The translations under genes were made by a program, and so were the position numbers. A DNA stretch of 39,508 nucleotides from an uncultured Candidatus Planktophila sp. (lineage in GTDB: Bacteria; Actinomycetota; Actinomycetes; Nanopelagicales; Nanopelagicaceae): NCBI GenBank assembly GCA_964401345.1, contig CAYNYE010000001.1:1-39508 (forward strand), read 5' to 3'. This document shows positions 17,652-27,408 of the stretch, one piece after another (position 1 is the stretch's first letter; each line of letters starts with the position of its first letter). The notes below the pieces were generated by a model. The model ran no database searches, was not told the DNA's origin, and was given only the letters and a program-made list of their open reading frames with translations.

Positions 17652-18715
17652 TTCTAGCTGGTGGTGGCACCGCAGGACATATTGAGCCAGCGTTAGCGGT
17701 TGGTCGCGAGTGGATGAAGAACCACCCTGCTGACACATGTGTTTTCCTCGGAACAAAAAGCGGATTAGAGGTCACGCTAGTACCAGCAGCGGGTTTTGAA
17801 CTCATAACAATTCCACGAGTCCGCATTTCTAGAAAGCCTTCACTTTCTTGGTTTCGAATTCCTTTTGATTTGATCGCTTCAGTTCTTTCATCAGTGCGCG
17901 TTGTTAGGAAGGCAGATGTACTTGTTGGCTTTGGTGGTTATGTAAGCGCCCCCGCGTACTTGGCCGCTGCGCTTACTAAGACTCCCATTGTTATTCATGA
18001 AGCAAACGCAAAACCTGGTTGGGCTAATCGCTTGGGTGCTCGATTCACTTCGCATCTAGCGGTTGCGCATCCTGTTGAAGAAGGTCCTTTTGCAGAAGCA
18101 CTTCTTGCCGGCTTGCCACTTCGCTCTGATGTTGCGCGCAGCTGTGCTGCGGTAGGTAATGATTGGCCCAAGGCACGCACCGATGCAAAGGTTCGTTTAG
18201 GTTTTTCCGCCGATCGCCCTTTGGTATTTATCATGGGTGGATCTCAAGGATCTGCGGCGATTAACGCGGTTATTGCTCAATCAATTACTACCTTTACCGA
18301 CAGCAAACTTTCAGTTCTACATTCAGTAGGAAAGCTCAATGCTTTGCCTGACGCCGTTGGGGGATATAAGCCGGTTTCCTATGTGGATGCGATGGCTGAT
18401 GCCTATTTAGCGGCAGATCTGATTATTGGGCGCAGCGGTGCGGTTACATGTAGCGAATTTAGAGCTCTAGGCCGTTACGCTCTTTTTGTGCCGCTGCCAA
18501 TTGGAAATGGAGAACAGTTCGTCAACGCTGCATCTCTGGTTGCAGATGGACGCGCCGAGGTAATTTCTCAAAGCGAATTTACCGCTGATTACATTTCCGC
18601 TCATCTTCAAGGGCTACTGCAGAAAGCCTCACATGCTCCAATCCAAGGAGATCCACAAGATCTTCTTGCTGCTGAAAAGATCGTCGCATTAACCGAGTTT
18701 GCCCTGAAATCATGA
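17639..18715 (+). CDS. murG: Lipid II GlcNAc transferase MurG
   Basis: GGGTAGH, GFGGY, HEAN, GGSQG, RSGA, GNGEQ. Confidence 0.95.
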   Translation: MATVVLAGGGTAGHIEPALAVGREWMKNHPADTCVFLGTKSGLEVTLVPAAGFELITIPRVRISRKPSLSWFRIPFDLIASVLSSVRVVRKADVLVGFGGYVSAPAYLAAALTKTPIVIHEANAKPGWANRLGARFTSHLAVAHPVEEGPFAEALLAGLPLRSDVARSCAAVGNDWPKARTDAKVRLGFSADRPLVFIMGGSQGSAAINAVIAQSITTFTDSKLSVLHSVGKLNALPDAVGGYKPVSYVDAMADAYLAADLIIGRSGAVTCSEFRALGRYALFVPLPIGNGEQFVNAASLVADGRAEVISQSEFTADYISAHLQGLLQKASHAPIQGDPQDLLAAEKIVALTEFALKS

Positions 18716-20097
18716 AGCCACAACTGTCATCCTTAATTGGAAAGCGAATCCATTTCATCGGTATTGGTGGAGCGGGGATGAGTGGGCTTGCACGAATCGC
18801 GCTTTCACATGGAATTAGCGTAAGCGGTTCTGACGCAAAGGACTCATCTGTAGTTACCGCCTTATCAGCTCTAGGTGCAAAGGTTTCCACTTCGCACGCA
18901 GCAGAAAATGTTGATGGATCAGATCTAGTTGTTTATTCAAATGCAATTTCTGCAACAAACCCTGAACGCATCCGTGCACAGGAATTAAACCTTCCCGTTC
19001 TTACACGTGCAGCAGCATTGGCTGTCTTGATGTCAGAATCAAAGAGTGTGGCAGTAGCGGGAACGCATGGAAAGACGACGACCTCATCCATGCTTGCGGT
19101 CGCCTTACAGGCATGTGCAGCAGATCCTTCATTTGCAATTGGCGGAACAATTACCGCATCGGGCTCAAACGCCCATCGTGGTACTGGCGAAATCTTTGTT
19201 GCTGAAGCAGATGAATCTGATGGTTCCTTTGTTGAATATCATCCATTTGCAGCGATAGTGACAAATGTTGAACATGATCACGTTGATTTCTTTGCTACCC
19301 CCGAAGCGGTAGAGCAAGCCTTCAGAGATTTCGCCGCAACGATAAAGCCTGATGGTTTTCTGACGTACTGCGCAGATGATGCTGGTGCAGTTGCTCTTGC
19401 ACAAACAACAACATCGGTCGAATTAGTTTCATACGGGGTCAATGAGTCTGCTGATCTTCACATTGATCAAATTGAGTTGCTAACAATGGGCTCCAGGGCT
19501 CGTGCAATCTGGAAGGGAAAAAGCGTTGGCCACATTGAACTTCAGGTTCCGGGCCATCACAACCTCTTAAATGCTGCAGGAGTATTGGCAACAGGGCTCA
19601 ACCTAGGTTTCCCAGTCGCAGAGTTATTAACTGGTTTAGGAACTTTCCGAGGGACTGGACGTCGATTTGAACTTAAAGGCACCGTTCATGGGGTTCGCGT
19701 CATCGATGATTACGGCCATCACCCTACTGAAATTCATGTGACTTTAGAGGCAGCACGTCGCTTTGCCGATACCGGTCGTTTGATTGTAATTTTTCAGCCG
19801 CACCGTTATTCGCGCACCAAAGCATTTGCAACTGAGTTTGCGACAGAGCTAGGTAAGGCAGATCGTGCAATTGTTCTTGAGGTGTATGCGGCAAGTGAAA
19901 AACAAATTGATGGCGTGAGTTCACGTCTCATTACTTCCATGATGAGTAATGGTGAGTACATTCCAAATTTCGTAGAGGTTACGGATTCAGTAGTTGCTGA
20001 TGCTCAACCCGGAGATGTCATCATGACTCTTGGCGCAGGAGATGTGAGTTCGTTAGCGCCAATTATTGTTGAAGGTCTCACTAGGCGTTTTGGTTAA
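18712..20097 (+). CDS. murC: UDP-MurNAc--L-alanine ligase MurC
   Basis: GIGGAGMS, GTHGKTTT, EADESD, DDYGHHPTE, FQPHRYSR. Confidence 0.97.
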   Translation: MKPQLSSLIGKRIHFIGIGGAGMSGLARIALSHGISVSGSDAKDSSVVTALSALGAKVSTSHAAENVDGSDLVVYSNAISATNPERIRAQELNLPVLTRAAALAVLMSESKSVAVAGTHGKTTTSSMLAVALQACAADPSFAIGGTITASGSNAHRGTGEIFVAEADESDGSFVEYHPFAAIVTNVEHDHVDFFATPEAVEQAFRDFAATIKPDGFLTYCADDAGAVALAQTTTSVELVSYGVNESADLHIDQIELLTMGSRARAIWKGKSVGHIELQVPGHHNLLNAAGVLATGLNLGFPVAELLTGLGTFRGTGRRFELKGTVHGVRVIDDYGHHPTEIHVTLEAARRFADTGRLIVIFQPHRYSRTKAFATEFATELGKADRAIVLEVYAASEKQIDGVSSRLITSMMSNGEYIPNFVEVTDSVVADAQPGDVIMTLGAGDVSSLAPIIVEGLTRRFG

Positions 20098-20736
20098 ATG
20101 AAACGTAAATTAATTGCTGGATCAGTTGTCGCGATCCTTGCTGGCGCAACGTACTTACTTGGTTATTCCTCTTTCTTTACCGTCTCATCTGTCGAAGTCA
20201 TAGGCTCCAATAGAGCGGTATCAACTGGAATTACCAAAGGCCAAAAGCTCGCCCGCGTAGAACCTCGTGCGGTCTCAGCCAGATTAGAAAACTTGGATTG
20301 GGTCGAATCAGCTGAGATTTCAAGAAATTGGATTAATGGAAAAGTTGTCGTACAACTGACACAGCGAACTCCAATTGCAACCTTTAAGAATCAAGTGATT
20401 GACTCTTCTGGTACCAGCTTTGTTCCGCAGGGGAGTAGGCCATCTGGATTAGTTGATATTCAAGCCGGCGATATTAAGGCTGCAACTAGGGCGGTTAATT
20501 TCTTTACTCAACTACCCGAAGAGCTCAAGTCAACCTTGACGGTTGTGAAGGTGAGATCTACCGGTGCATTGGTTTTAATCACCGAAAACAATGGCAAGAA
20601 GCTCGAGATTCGATGGGGTACAAACTCTGAAAATGAGTTGAAATTAAAGGTTTATAAAGCACTTTTAGCACTTCCCGAAAACGCAGACATTAAAAGAGTT
20701 GATGTATCTGCACCACATGCACCAATCGTTAAGTAA
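20098..20736 (+). CDS. ftsQ: Cell division protein FtsQ/DivIB (compact)
   Basis: N-terminal TM, POTRA-like 'VSSVEVIG...WVESAEISR', C-terminal 'DVSAPHAP'; between murC and ftsZ. Confidence 0.82.
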   Translation: MKRKLIAGSVVAILAGATYLLGYSSFFTVSSVEVIGSNRAVSTGITKGQKLARVEPRAVSARLENLDWVESAEISRNWINGKVVVQLTQRTPIATFKNQVIDSSGTSFVPQGSRPSGLVDIQAGDIKAATRAVNFFTQLPEELKSTLTVVKVRSTGALVLITENNGKKLEIRWGTNSENELKLKVYKALLALPENADIKRVDVSAPHAPIVK

Positions 20737-20840
20737 TTAAAAATAATTTGATTATTGCGACACGTTAATCAATTCATGTCGGTGATTGATAATCACCCTC
20801 ACGCACTTTAGGTTCGCCTTATCGAAAAGTAGTGAATTGT

Positions 20841-20865
20841 AAGGCTCAAGTTGAGGTTTATGGTT
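20841..20865 (+). promoter_or_regulatory. Putative FtsR-type regulator site upstream of ftsZ
   Basis: AAGGCTCAAGTTGAGGTTTATGGTT with core palindrome CTCAA-G-TTGAG just 5' of the AAGGAGG SD; similarity to the corynebacterial FtsR site is from memory. Confidence 0.5.
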
Positions 20866-20882
20866 CATAAGGAGGAATTAAA

Positions 20883-22013
20883 GTGGCTTCACCACAAAAT
20901 TATTTAGCGGTCATCAAAGTCGTCGGCATTGGTGGCGGTGGAGTTAACGCTATTAATCGAATGATCGATGTTGGTCTTAAGGGCGTCGAGTTCATTGCGA
21001 TTAATACAGATGCACAACATTTATTAATGAGTGATGCAGATGTGAAATTAGATATTGGCCGTAAAACAACTCGTGGTCTTGGTGCAGGTATGGATCCAGA
21101 TAAGGGTCGTGAAGCGGCACTTGATCATGCAGATGACATTGAAGAAATTCTTCGTGGTGCAGATATGGTTTTTGTTACCGCAGGTGAAGGTGGCGGAACC
21201 GGTACAGGTGCAGCACCAGTTGTTGCAAAGATTGCAAAAGAAATCGGTGCGCTAACAATTGGTGTTGTAACACGCCCATTCTCTTTTGAAGCAAAGCTTC
21301 GTTCAACACAAGCAGAGGCGGGAATTGAAGCCCTTCGTGCAGAAGTAGATACTTTGATCGTTATTCCAAATGATCGCCTACTTGCGATTTCAGATCGCAC
21401 AATTACTTTGGCAGATGCTTTCAAGAGCGCAGATCAAGTTCTTCTATCTGGCGTTCAGGGAATCACTGAGATCATCACACAACCTGGATTGATCAACCTC
21501 GACTTCGCCGATGTTAAGGCGGTTATGTCAGGTGCAGGTTCGGCACTAATGGGAATCGGTTCAGCTCGTGGAGAAAACCGTGCACTACGTGCAGCAGAGC
21601 TTGCGATTTCAAGTCCACTTCTTGAAGCTTCAATCGATGGAGCGATGGGTGTTCTACTGTCAGTTTCTGGTGGTTCGGATCTAGGTCTCTTTGAAGTTAA
21701 TGAGGCGTGTGAGCTTGTTCAATCAGCGGTTCATCCAAACGCTAAGTTCATCTTCGGTACAACAATCGATGATGCACTAGGTGATGAAGTTCGTATTACC
21801 GTCGTTGCAGCAGGATTTGAGGGTGGAGAGCCAAAGAAGGTTTCAACACCTGTCATTGATGCAGCAACTCTTGGTGGCGTGGCTGACCCAATCGCATCAA
21901 ATGATCCGATCTCTGTAGCACTTGATCTAGGCAATGAAACTCCAAAGCGTCGCGTGACCTTTGAAGAGCTAGTAGCCGAGGATGAGATCGACGTTCCTGA
22001 CTTCATGAAGTAA
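20883..22013 (+). CDS. ftsZ: Cell division protein FtsZ
   Basis: GGGGVNA, GGGTGTG tubulin signature, NLDFADV T7 loop, C-terminal DVPDF; AAGGAGG SD and GTG start. Confidence 0.99.
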   Translation: MASPQNYLAVIKVVGIGGGGVNAINRMIDVGLKGVEFIAINTDAQHLLMSDADVKLDIGRKTTRGLGAGMDPDKGREAALDHADDIEEILRGADMVFVTAGEGGGTGTGAAPVVAKIAKEIGALTIGVVTRPFSFEAKLRSTQAEAGIEALRAEVDTLIVIPNDRLLAISDRTITLADAFKSADQVLLSGVQGITEIITQPGLINLDFADVKAVMSGAGSALMGIGSARGENRALRAAELAISSPLLEASIDGAMGVLLSVSGGSDLGLFEVNEACELVQSAVHPNAKFIFGTTIDDALGDEVRITVVAAGFEGGEPKKVSTPVIDAATLGGVADPIASNDPISVALDLGNETPKRRVTFEELVAEDEIDVPDFMK

Positions 22014-22017
22014 GGCT

Positions 22018-22668
22018 TTGCCTCACTTTTTTACCGATCGACGCGGAGGCGAGAGCCTTGGCGTTTATGATTCATTGAATCTTGCGCTGCATGTTGGCGA
22101 TGATCCATCAACCGTTGCTCGCAATCGTTCGGTAATTGGTGATGCACAATTCATGAATCAAGTTCATGGTGATTCGGTATTAGTCATTGATTCAGTTGAT
22201 GCGCAGACTCCTACCTGTGATGGATTAATTACGACCAAACCCAATCTTCAATTAGCGGTAATGGTTGCCGATTGCATTCCATTGCTTCTAGTTTCGAAGG
22301 AAGCGGTTGGCGCGATCCACGTCGGTCGCGCGGGTTTGGTAAATCGCATCGCTCTAAAAGCAATTCAAGTTATGCGAACCGCCGGTGCAATAGATATTCA
22401 CGCAATCCTTGGACCATCAATTTGTGGAAGTTGCTACGAGGTTCCCTTTGAAATGCAGCAAGAGGTTATGCAAGAGCATCCTCGCGCCTTTGCAACAACG
22501 CGAAAAGGAACTCCAGCTCTAGATCTTCCCAAAGCCTTGATCGCAGATCTGGTTTCTGTAGGTGTTTCTTATGAAGCTTCAACTATTTGTACATATGAAG
22601 ATGAGCTTTACTTCTCGCATCGACGACAAAACCCAACCGGAAGATTTGCAGGGGTTGTTTCGCTATGA
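22018..22668 (+). CDS. pgeF: PgeF/YfiH family (peptidoglycan editing factor / purine nucleoside phosphorylase)
   Basis: SLNLALHVGD, MNQVHG, ADCIP, HVGRAG, GPSICGSCYEV, FSHRR. Confidence 0.92.
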   Translation: MPHFFTDRRGGESLGVYDSLNLALHVGDDPSTVARNRSVIGDAQFMNQVHGDSVLVIDSVDAQTPTCDGLITTKPNLQLAVMVADCIPLLLVSKEAVGAIHVGRAGLVNRIALKAIQVMRTAGAIDIHAILGPSICGSCYEVPFEMQQEVMQEHPRAFATTRKGTPALDLPKALIADLVSVGVSYEASTICTYEDELYFSHRRQNPTGRFAGVVSL

Positions 22669-23321
22669 GCCGCATTGAAGAAATCTCTGAAAACCTGCAG
22701 ATAGTTCGCTCCAAAATCGCAGCGGTTGCAGATCACCCCGTTACTTTGATTGCGGTGACAAAGACCTTTCCAGTCAGCGATGCCCAGATTTTGAAGACTC
22801 TTGGCGTGGAAGATTTTGGCGAAAACCGAGATGCAGAAGGGGCTGAAAAGTCACAAAGCGTTGAAGGGCGTTGGCATTTTCAAGGTCAGATTCAAAGCAA
22901 TAAGTTGAAATCCATTACTTCTTGGGCATCGGTTATCCACTCAATAGATGAGCTGCGACACTTTGAGATGATTGAAAAGGTTGCAACCCATCCCTTAACC
23001 ATCTTTCTTCAAGTTTCTTTAGACGGGGCCCACCATCGCGGGGGAGCAGGGGTTGATCAGCTCTATCAATTGGCTGAAAAGGTCTCGGCTTCGCCAACGC
23101 ACACCCTGGCTGGGCTGATGTCGGTCCCGCCAGTTGGCGTCGACCCCAACGAGGCGTATTCGCAATTAGCAGTGATCCGCAATGAGTTTATGAAGCGATT
23201 TCCTAGCGCCACAGCCTTGTCGGCAGGCATGAGTGGGGATTACGAAGTCGCGATTTCACATGGTGCGACACATGTGCGCGTAGGCTCATCAATCCTCGGT
23301 TCTCGCTCACCCCACAGGTAA
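22665..23321 (+). CDS. yggS: YggS family PLP homeostasis protein
   Basis: IAVTK, FGENR, WHFQGQIQSNK, SAGMSGD, GATHVRVGS. Confidence 0.94.
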   Translation: MSRIEEISENLQIVRSKIAAVADHPVTLIAVTKTFPVSDAQILKTLGVEDFGENRDAEGAEKSQSVEGRWHFQGQIQSNKLKSITSWASVIHSIDELRHFEMIEKVATHPLTIFLQVSLDGAHHRGGAGVDQLYQLAEKVSASPTHTLAGLMSVPPVGVDPNEAYSQLAVIRNEFMKRFPSATALSAGMSGDYEVAISHGATHVRVGSSILGSRSPHR

Positions 23322-23330
23322 CCTTTCACT

Positions 23331-23813
23331 ATGTCTAATGCAATGCGCCGTGTCGCTAATTACCTTGGTTTGATGGATGATCCTGAATTCGATACTCCAC
23401 AAACATCAACTACAAATACCCCTGCTATTGCTCCAACAGGCGATGTTCGCATCAAAACTCGCGAACCTCGTCCAGTAGCTGCAGTTCGTCAATCAGCGGT
23501 TGTTGAGGTTGCACCACAGCTTGACCTTCCAGCAATGGATCGCATCATTACCTTGCACCCTCGTTACTACAACGAAGCTCGCACAATTGGTGAGCATTTC
23601 CGTCAGGGAAATCCAGTCATCATCAACCTCACCGAAATGGATGAATCAGAGCACAAGCGTTTAGTTGACTTCGCAAGTGGTTTAGCTTTTGGTTTACATG
23701 GAACAATTGAGCGCGTGACAAAGAAGGTTTTCCTTCTGTCACCAGCAAATGTTTCTGTTAGCTCAGAGGATAAGTCTGCAGCGGCTCAAGCAAGCTTCTT
23801 TAACCAGAGCTGA
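23331..23813 (+). CDS. sepF: Cell division protein SepF
   Basis: N-terminal amphipathic 'MRRVANYLGL'; YNEARTIGEHFR, KRLVDFASGL, FLLSP. Confidence 0.95.
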   Translation: MSNAMRRVANYLGLMDDPEFDTPQTSTTNTPAIAPTGDVRIKTREPRPVAAVRQSAVVEVAPQLDLPAMDRIITLHPRYYNEARTIGEHFRQGNPVIINLTEMDESEHKRLVDFASGLAFGLHGTIERVTKKVFLLSPANVSVSSEDKSAAAQASFFNQS

Positions 23814-23815
23814 TC

Positions 23816-24100
23816 ATGTTGAGCGTCGGCTCACTGTTAGCCAGTCTTCTTCAAATCTTTCTCTTCGCCCTTTTGGGTCGTCTGATTTTTGATTATGTTC
23901 AGATGTTTTCCCGTTCCTGGCGACCAAAGGGAATCGTTCTCTACTTTGTAGAAGCGATTTACACAATCACAGATCCACCGATGAAGTTTGTTGGACGTTT
24001 TGTCCCACCACTTCGTCTAGGTGCGGTCAGTTTAGATATGAGTTTTATTGTGCTCTTTTTCGGAACACAACTAGTGATGGGGTTAGTACGCGGTCTGTAA
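23816..24100 (+). CDS. yggT: YggT/YlmG (SepG) family membrane protein
   Basis: 'YTITDPP...VPPLRLGAVSLDMS'; follows sepF. Confidence 0.9.
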   Translation: MLSVGSLLASLLQIFLFALLGRLIFDYVQMFSRSWRPKGIVLYFVEAIYTITDPPMKFVGRFVPPLRLGAVSLDMSFIVLFFGTQLVMGLVRGL

Positions 24101-27100
24101 TTACTGCTTAACCAGTACTACCTCAACACCAATCTCTGTATCTGCAATTACCAAAGATGTATCGCGCTTCATCGAAACTGCGAGCACCTCATCGGAAATA
24201 TGTGCAATCTCAGATTCAATAGCAGCCGCCATTTCTTCATGAGCGTTCCAGGAAACGTTAATACGATCAGAGATCTCAAAACCATCGCTCTTGCGACGTT
24301 CCTGAATAAATCGAATCACTTCACGCACATTTCCAGCAGCAATAAGTGAAGGAGTTAGTTCTAGATCAAGCGCAACGCTCTCGCCATCATGAGATGAAAC
24401 GCTCCAACCGCTCTTTGGAACCTCGGTGACAACGAGATCCTCAAGGGCGATCTCCCAAGTGCCAACAGTTGTTGATCCCGTAGAACGCAAAGTTTTCACC
24501 AATGATGTTGCATCGGCTGCCGCGATCGCCTTAGCGATCTCCTGAACCGCCCCACCAAACTTGGCACCTAGAGATTTGAAGTTAGCCTTAACGCTGATGT
24601 CGACTAGATCTCCATCTGCCGTAGCAATATCTTGCAGGGTTTGGACATTGAGTTCATCTGCAATCTGCTCACGCATCGCTTCGGGCAGCGTTGCCCAACC
24701 ACTTGCAGCGATTAATGCACGACCCAAAGGTTGGCGAATCTTGATTCCGGATTCAGCGCGAGTTGCGCGACCAAGCTCAACAATTCGACGAGTCAATGCA
24801 ACTTGTGAGGCTAGCTCTGAATCAATTGCACCCTCATTGACCAAAGGCCAATTAGATAGGTGAACCGATGCAGGTTGCGTTGCATCCGCAGGAATTACAA
24901 GCTCCTGCCATACCTGTTCGGTAATAAAAGGAACAAGTGGTGCAAGTAGTTGAGTCAAAGTTACTAAGCATTCATGCAAAGTTCCTAAGGCTGCAACTTC
25001 GCCATCCCAGAAGCGGCGGCGTGAACGACGGACGTACCAGTTTGATAAGTCATCAATAAAACGTGCAAGTGCACGTCCTGCAACCTGTGAATCAAAATCT
25101 TCAAGTGCAGCATCAACCTCTTTAACCAAGATATTGAGTTCAGAGATAATCCAACGATCCATCAATGGGCGCTCGGATAATGCAGGGGTTTGTGTGATTT
25201 CGAAGTTAGATGCCTTGGCATATAAAGCGTGGAATGAGACGGTATTCCAATATGTGAGCAAGGTTTTGCGAACAACCTCGTTGATGCTGTCATGACCAAC
25301 GCGACGTGCAGCCCATGGAGATCCCGCAGCCAACATGTACCAACGCACAGCATCTGCGCCATGCTGATCCATCAACGCCATTGGCTCTAAAACATTGCCA
25401 AGGTGCTTACTCATCTTGCGACCATCCTTATCCAAGATGTGTCCCAAACACAGAACGGTCTTGTATGAGGATTGATCAAAAACCAAGGTACCGATTGTCA
25501 TTAATGTGTAGAACCAACCACGAGTCTGGTCGATCGCTTCGCAGATAAAGTCGGCAGGGTAAGAAGCTTTGAACTTTTCTACAGAGCCTTCCTTATGAGG
25601 GTAACCCCACTGCGCAAAAGGCATCGCGCCAGAGTCGTACCAGCAGTCAATAACTTCTGGCACACGTGTCATTGTTTGAGAACACTCGGCACAGGCAAAG
25701 GTGATGTCATCAACAAATGGACGGTGGGGATCCAAATTTGAAAGCTCTTGACCTGACAAAGCTCCGAGCTCCTTTAGCGAATCAACACAGATTTCATGCT
25801 TGTTTTCACAACGCCAAATTGGAAGAGGTGTTCCCCAATAACGATTACGAGAAAGCGCCCAGTCGATGTTGTTATTGAGCCAATCGCCGTAGCGACCTTC
25901 CTTGATTGTTTCTGGGTGCCAATCTGTTGCAGCGTTTTCGCGCAGTAAGGCATCTTTAATTGAAGTTGTACGGATGTACCACGATGGTTGTGCGTAATAC
26001 ATAAGCGCTGTGTGGCAGCGCCAGCAGTGCGGATATGTGTGCTCATACTGCTGATGCTTGTACAAAGCACCACTTGCCTTGAGCTCCTTAACTAACGGCT
26101 TATCTGCATCTTTGAAGAAGGCTCCACCAACAACTGGAACATCTGCAAGGAAGTGACCATCTGGTGCAATTGGATTAACAACCGGCAATCCATAACTACG
26201 GCAAACCGCTAAGTCATCGGCACCAAATGCTGGAGCCTGATGAACCAGACCTGTTCCATCCTCTGTTGTTACATAGGTTGCCAGTACTACAAAGTGAGCA
26301 TCTGGAATTTCAATGTAATCAAATGGACGCTTGTACGTTACGCGCTCAAGATCTTTACCAAGCATCGTCTTAAGGATCTTTTTCTCGCCCTTAACCGCAT
26401 CCATCAAATTCTGCGCAACAACCAAAACTTCAGTTGCTTCATCTTCTGTAACCTCAATAGCCACGTACTCAACATCTGGATGCACAGCCACAGCGGTGTT
26501 TGAAACTAATGTCCAAGGAGTAGTAGTCCAGACCAATAGTGATGCCTTTAATTCTGCGAGCTCACCCGATGTAACAGGAAAGCGAACAAAGACAGATGGA
26601 TCTGTAACTGTTTCATACCCTTGTGCCAACTCGTGGTCGGACAAACCGGTTCCACATCGAGGGCAGTACGGAGCAACGCGGTGATCTTGGACTAGTAATC
26701 CCTTTTTCCAAATCTCCTTAAGTGACCACCATACAGATTCAACATATTCAGGAGACATCGTCCAATAGGCTTCATCAAAATCCACCCAGAAGCCCATTCG
26801 ATCTGTCATATCTGTAAATGCGCTTACGTGACGTTGAACAGATTCACGACACTTATCGTTAAATGGTGCGATTCCAAATTTTTCAATATCGCCCTTGCCG
26901 GAAAATCCGAGCTCTTTTTCTACAGCGATTTCTACAGGTAGGCCGTGGCAATCCCATCCAGCCTTACGTGTTACCTGCTTACCTTTCATTGTGTGAAAGC
27001 GAGGGAACAAATCCTTAAATACGCGCGCTTCAATGTGGTGGGTTCCAGGCATTCCATTGGCTGTTGGCGGACCTTCATAAAATGTCCACGCTGGCGCACC

Positions 27101-27211
27101 CTCACGAGCCGCAACGGTTTTTTCAAAGATGGAGTTTTCGCGCCAGAACTTTAAAATTGAATGTTCGACGGCAGGCAGATCAACAGCTGCTGGGATGGCG
27201 CGAAATGACAT
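24101..27211 (-). CDS. ileS: Isoleucine--tRNA ligase, type 2
   Basis: EGPPTANG-GTHH, GWDCHGLP, WTTTPWT, DGTGLVH, DQTRGWF, KMSKH; ATG at 27211 has a GGAGG SD; Ile-specifier T-box upstream. Confidence 0.97.
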   Translation of the reverse strand: MSFRAIPAAVDLPAVEHSILKFWRENSIFEKTVAAREGAPAWTFYEGPPTANGMPGTHHIEARVFKDLFPRFHTMKGKQVTRKAGWDCHGLPVEIAVEKELGFSGKGDIEKFGIAPFNDKCRESVQRHVSAFTDMTDRMGFWVDFDEAYWTMSPEYVESVWWSLKEIWKKGLLVQDHRVAPYCPRCGTGLSDHELAQGYETVTDPSVFVRFPVTSGELAELKASLLVWTTTPWTLVSNTAVAVHPDVEYVAIEVTEDEATEVLVVAQNLMDAVKGEKKILKTMLGKDLERVTYKRPFDYIEIPDAHFVVLATYVTTEDGTGLVHQAPAFGADDLAVCRSYGLPVVNPIAPDGHFLADVPVVGGAFFKDADKPLVKELKASGALYKHQQYEHTYPHCWRCHTALMYYAQPSWYIRTTSIKDALLRENAATDWHPETIKEGRYGDWLNNNIDWALSRNRYWGTPLPIWRCENKHEICVDSLKELGALSGQELSNLDPHRPFVDDITFACAECSQTMTRVPEVIDCWYDSGAMPFAQWGYPHKEGSVEKFKASYPADFICEAIDQTRGWFYTLMTIGTLVFDQSSYKTVLCLGHILDKDGRKMSKHLGNVLEPMALMDQHGADAVRWYMLAAGSPWAARRVGHDSINEVVRKTLLTYWNTVSFHALYAKASNFEITQTPALSERPLMDRWIISELNILVKEVDAALEDFDSQVAGRALARFIDDLSNWYVRRSRRRFWDGEVAALGTLHECLVTLTQLLAPLVPFITEQVWQELVIPADATQPASVHLSNWPLVNEGAIDSELASQVALTRRIVELGRATRAESGIKIRQPLGRALIAASGWATLPEAMREQIADELNVQTLQDIATADGDLVDISVKANFKSLGAKFGGAVQEIAKAIAAADATSLVKTLRSTGSTTVGTWEIALEDLVVTEVPKSGWSVSSHDGESVALDLELTPSLIAAGNVREVIRFIQERRKSDGFEISDRINVSWNAHEEMAAAIESEIAHISDEVLAVSMKRDTSLVIADTEIGVEVVLVKQ

Positions 27212-27214
27212 AAA

Positions 27215-27386
27215 AAATCCTCCAGAAAACAATCTCTGGAGGGACGATCGCTGCATTCACAGCTTTCGCGGTACCACCCGCCTTGCACACCGTGGTGTGC
27301 CACTTGAAATCTCGTGTGCCGGTTCTAGGTGGACCAGGGTCCATTTCTTCCTGCTGGCTCGTGAGGTGATCGCCCCGTCTACGCCC
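27215..27386 (-). ncRNA. Translational ileS T-box riboswitch (ultrashort stem I type)
   Basis: Minus strand: GGCGATCACC with ATC (Ile) specifier at 27370-27368; GGAAGAA...TAGAACC S-turn stem II; T-box AAGGCGGGTGGTACCGCG (27284-27267); hairpin CCTCCAGAGA/TTTCTGGAGG sequestering the SD. Confidence 0.93.
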
Positions 27387-27402
27387 TTTACGCGAGAGCC
27401 CA

Positions 27403-27408
27403 ATTGTA
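27403..27408 (-). promoter_or_regulatory. -10 element (TACAAT) of the ileS leader promoter
   Basis: TACAAT on the minus strand just upstream of the T-box 5' end. Confidence 0.6.

Noticed and set aside
20777-20798. TGTCGG upstream of ftsZ as a second PafBC promoter
   Set aside because: No TANNNT at the required 10-nt spacing (TCACCC follows)
27212-27256. N-terminal extension of ileS in the ORF track (MQRSSLQ...)
   Set aside because: Lies within the T-box antisequestrator/sequestrator; the SD precedes ATG 27211
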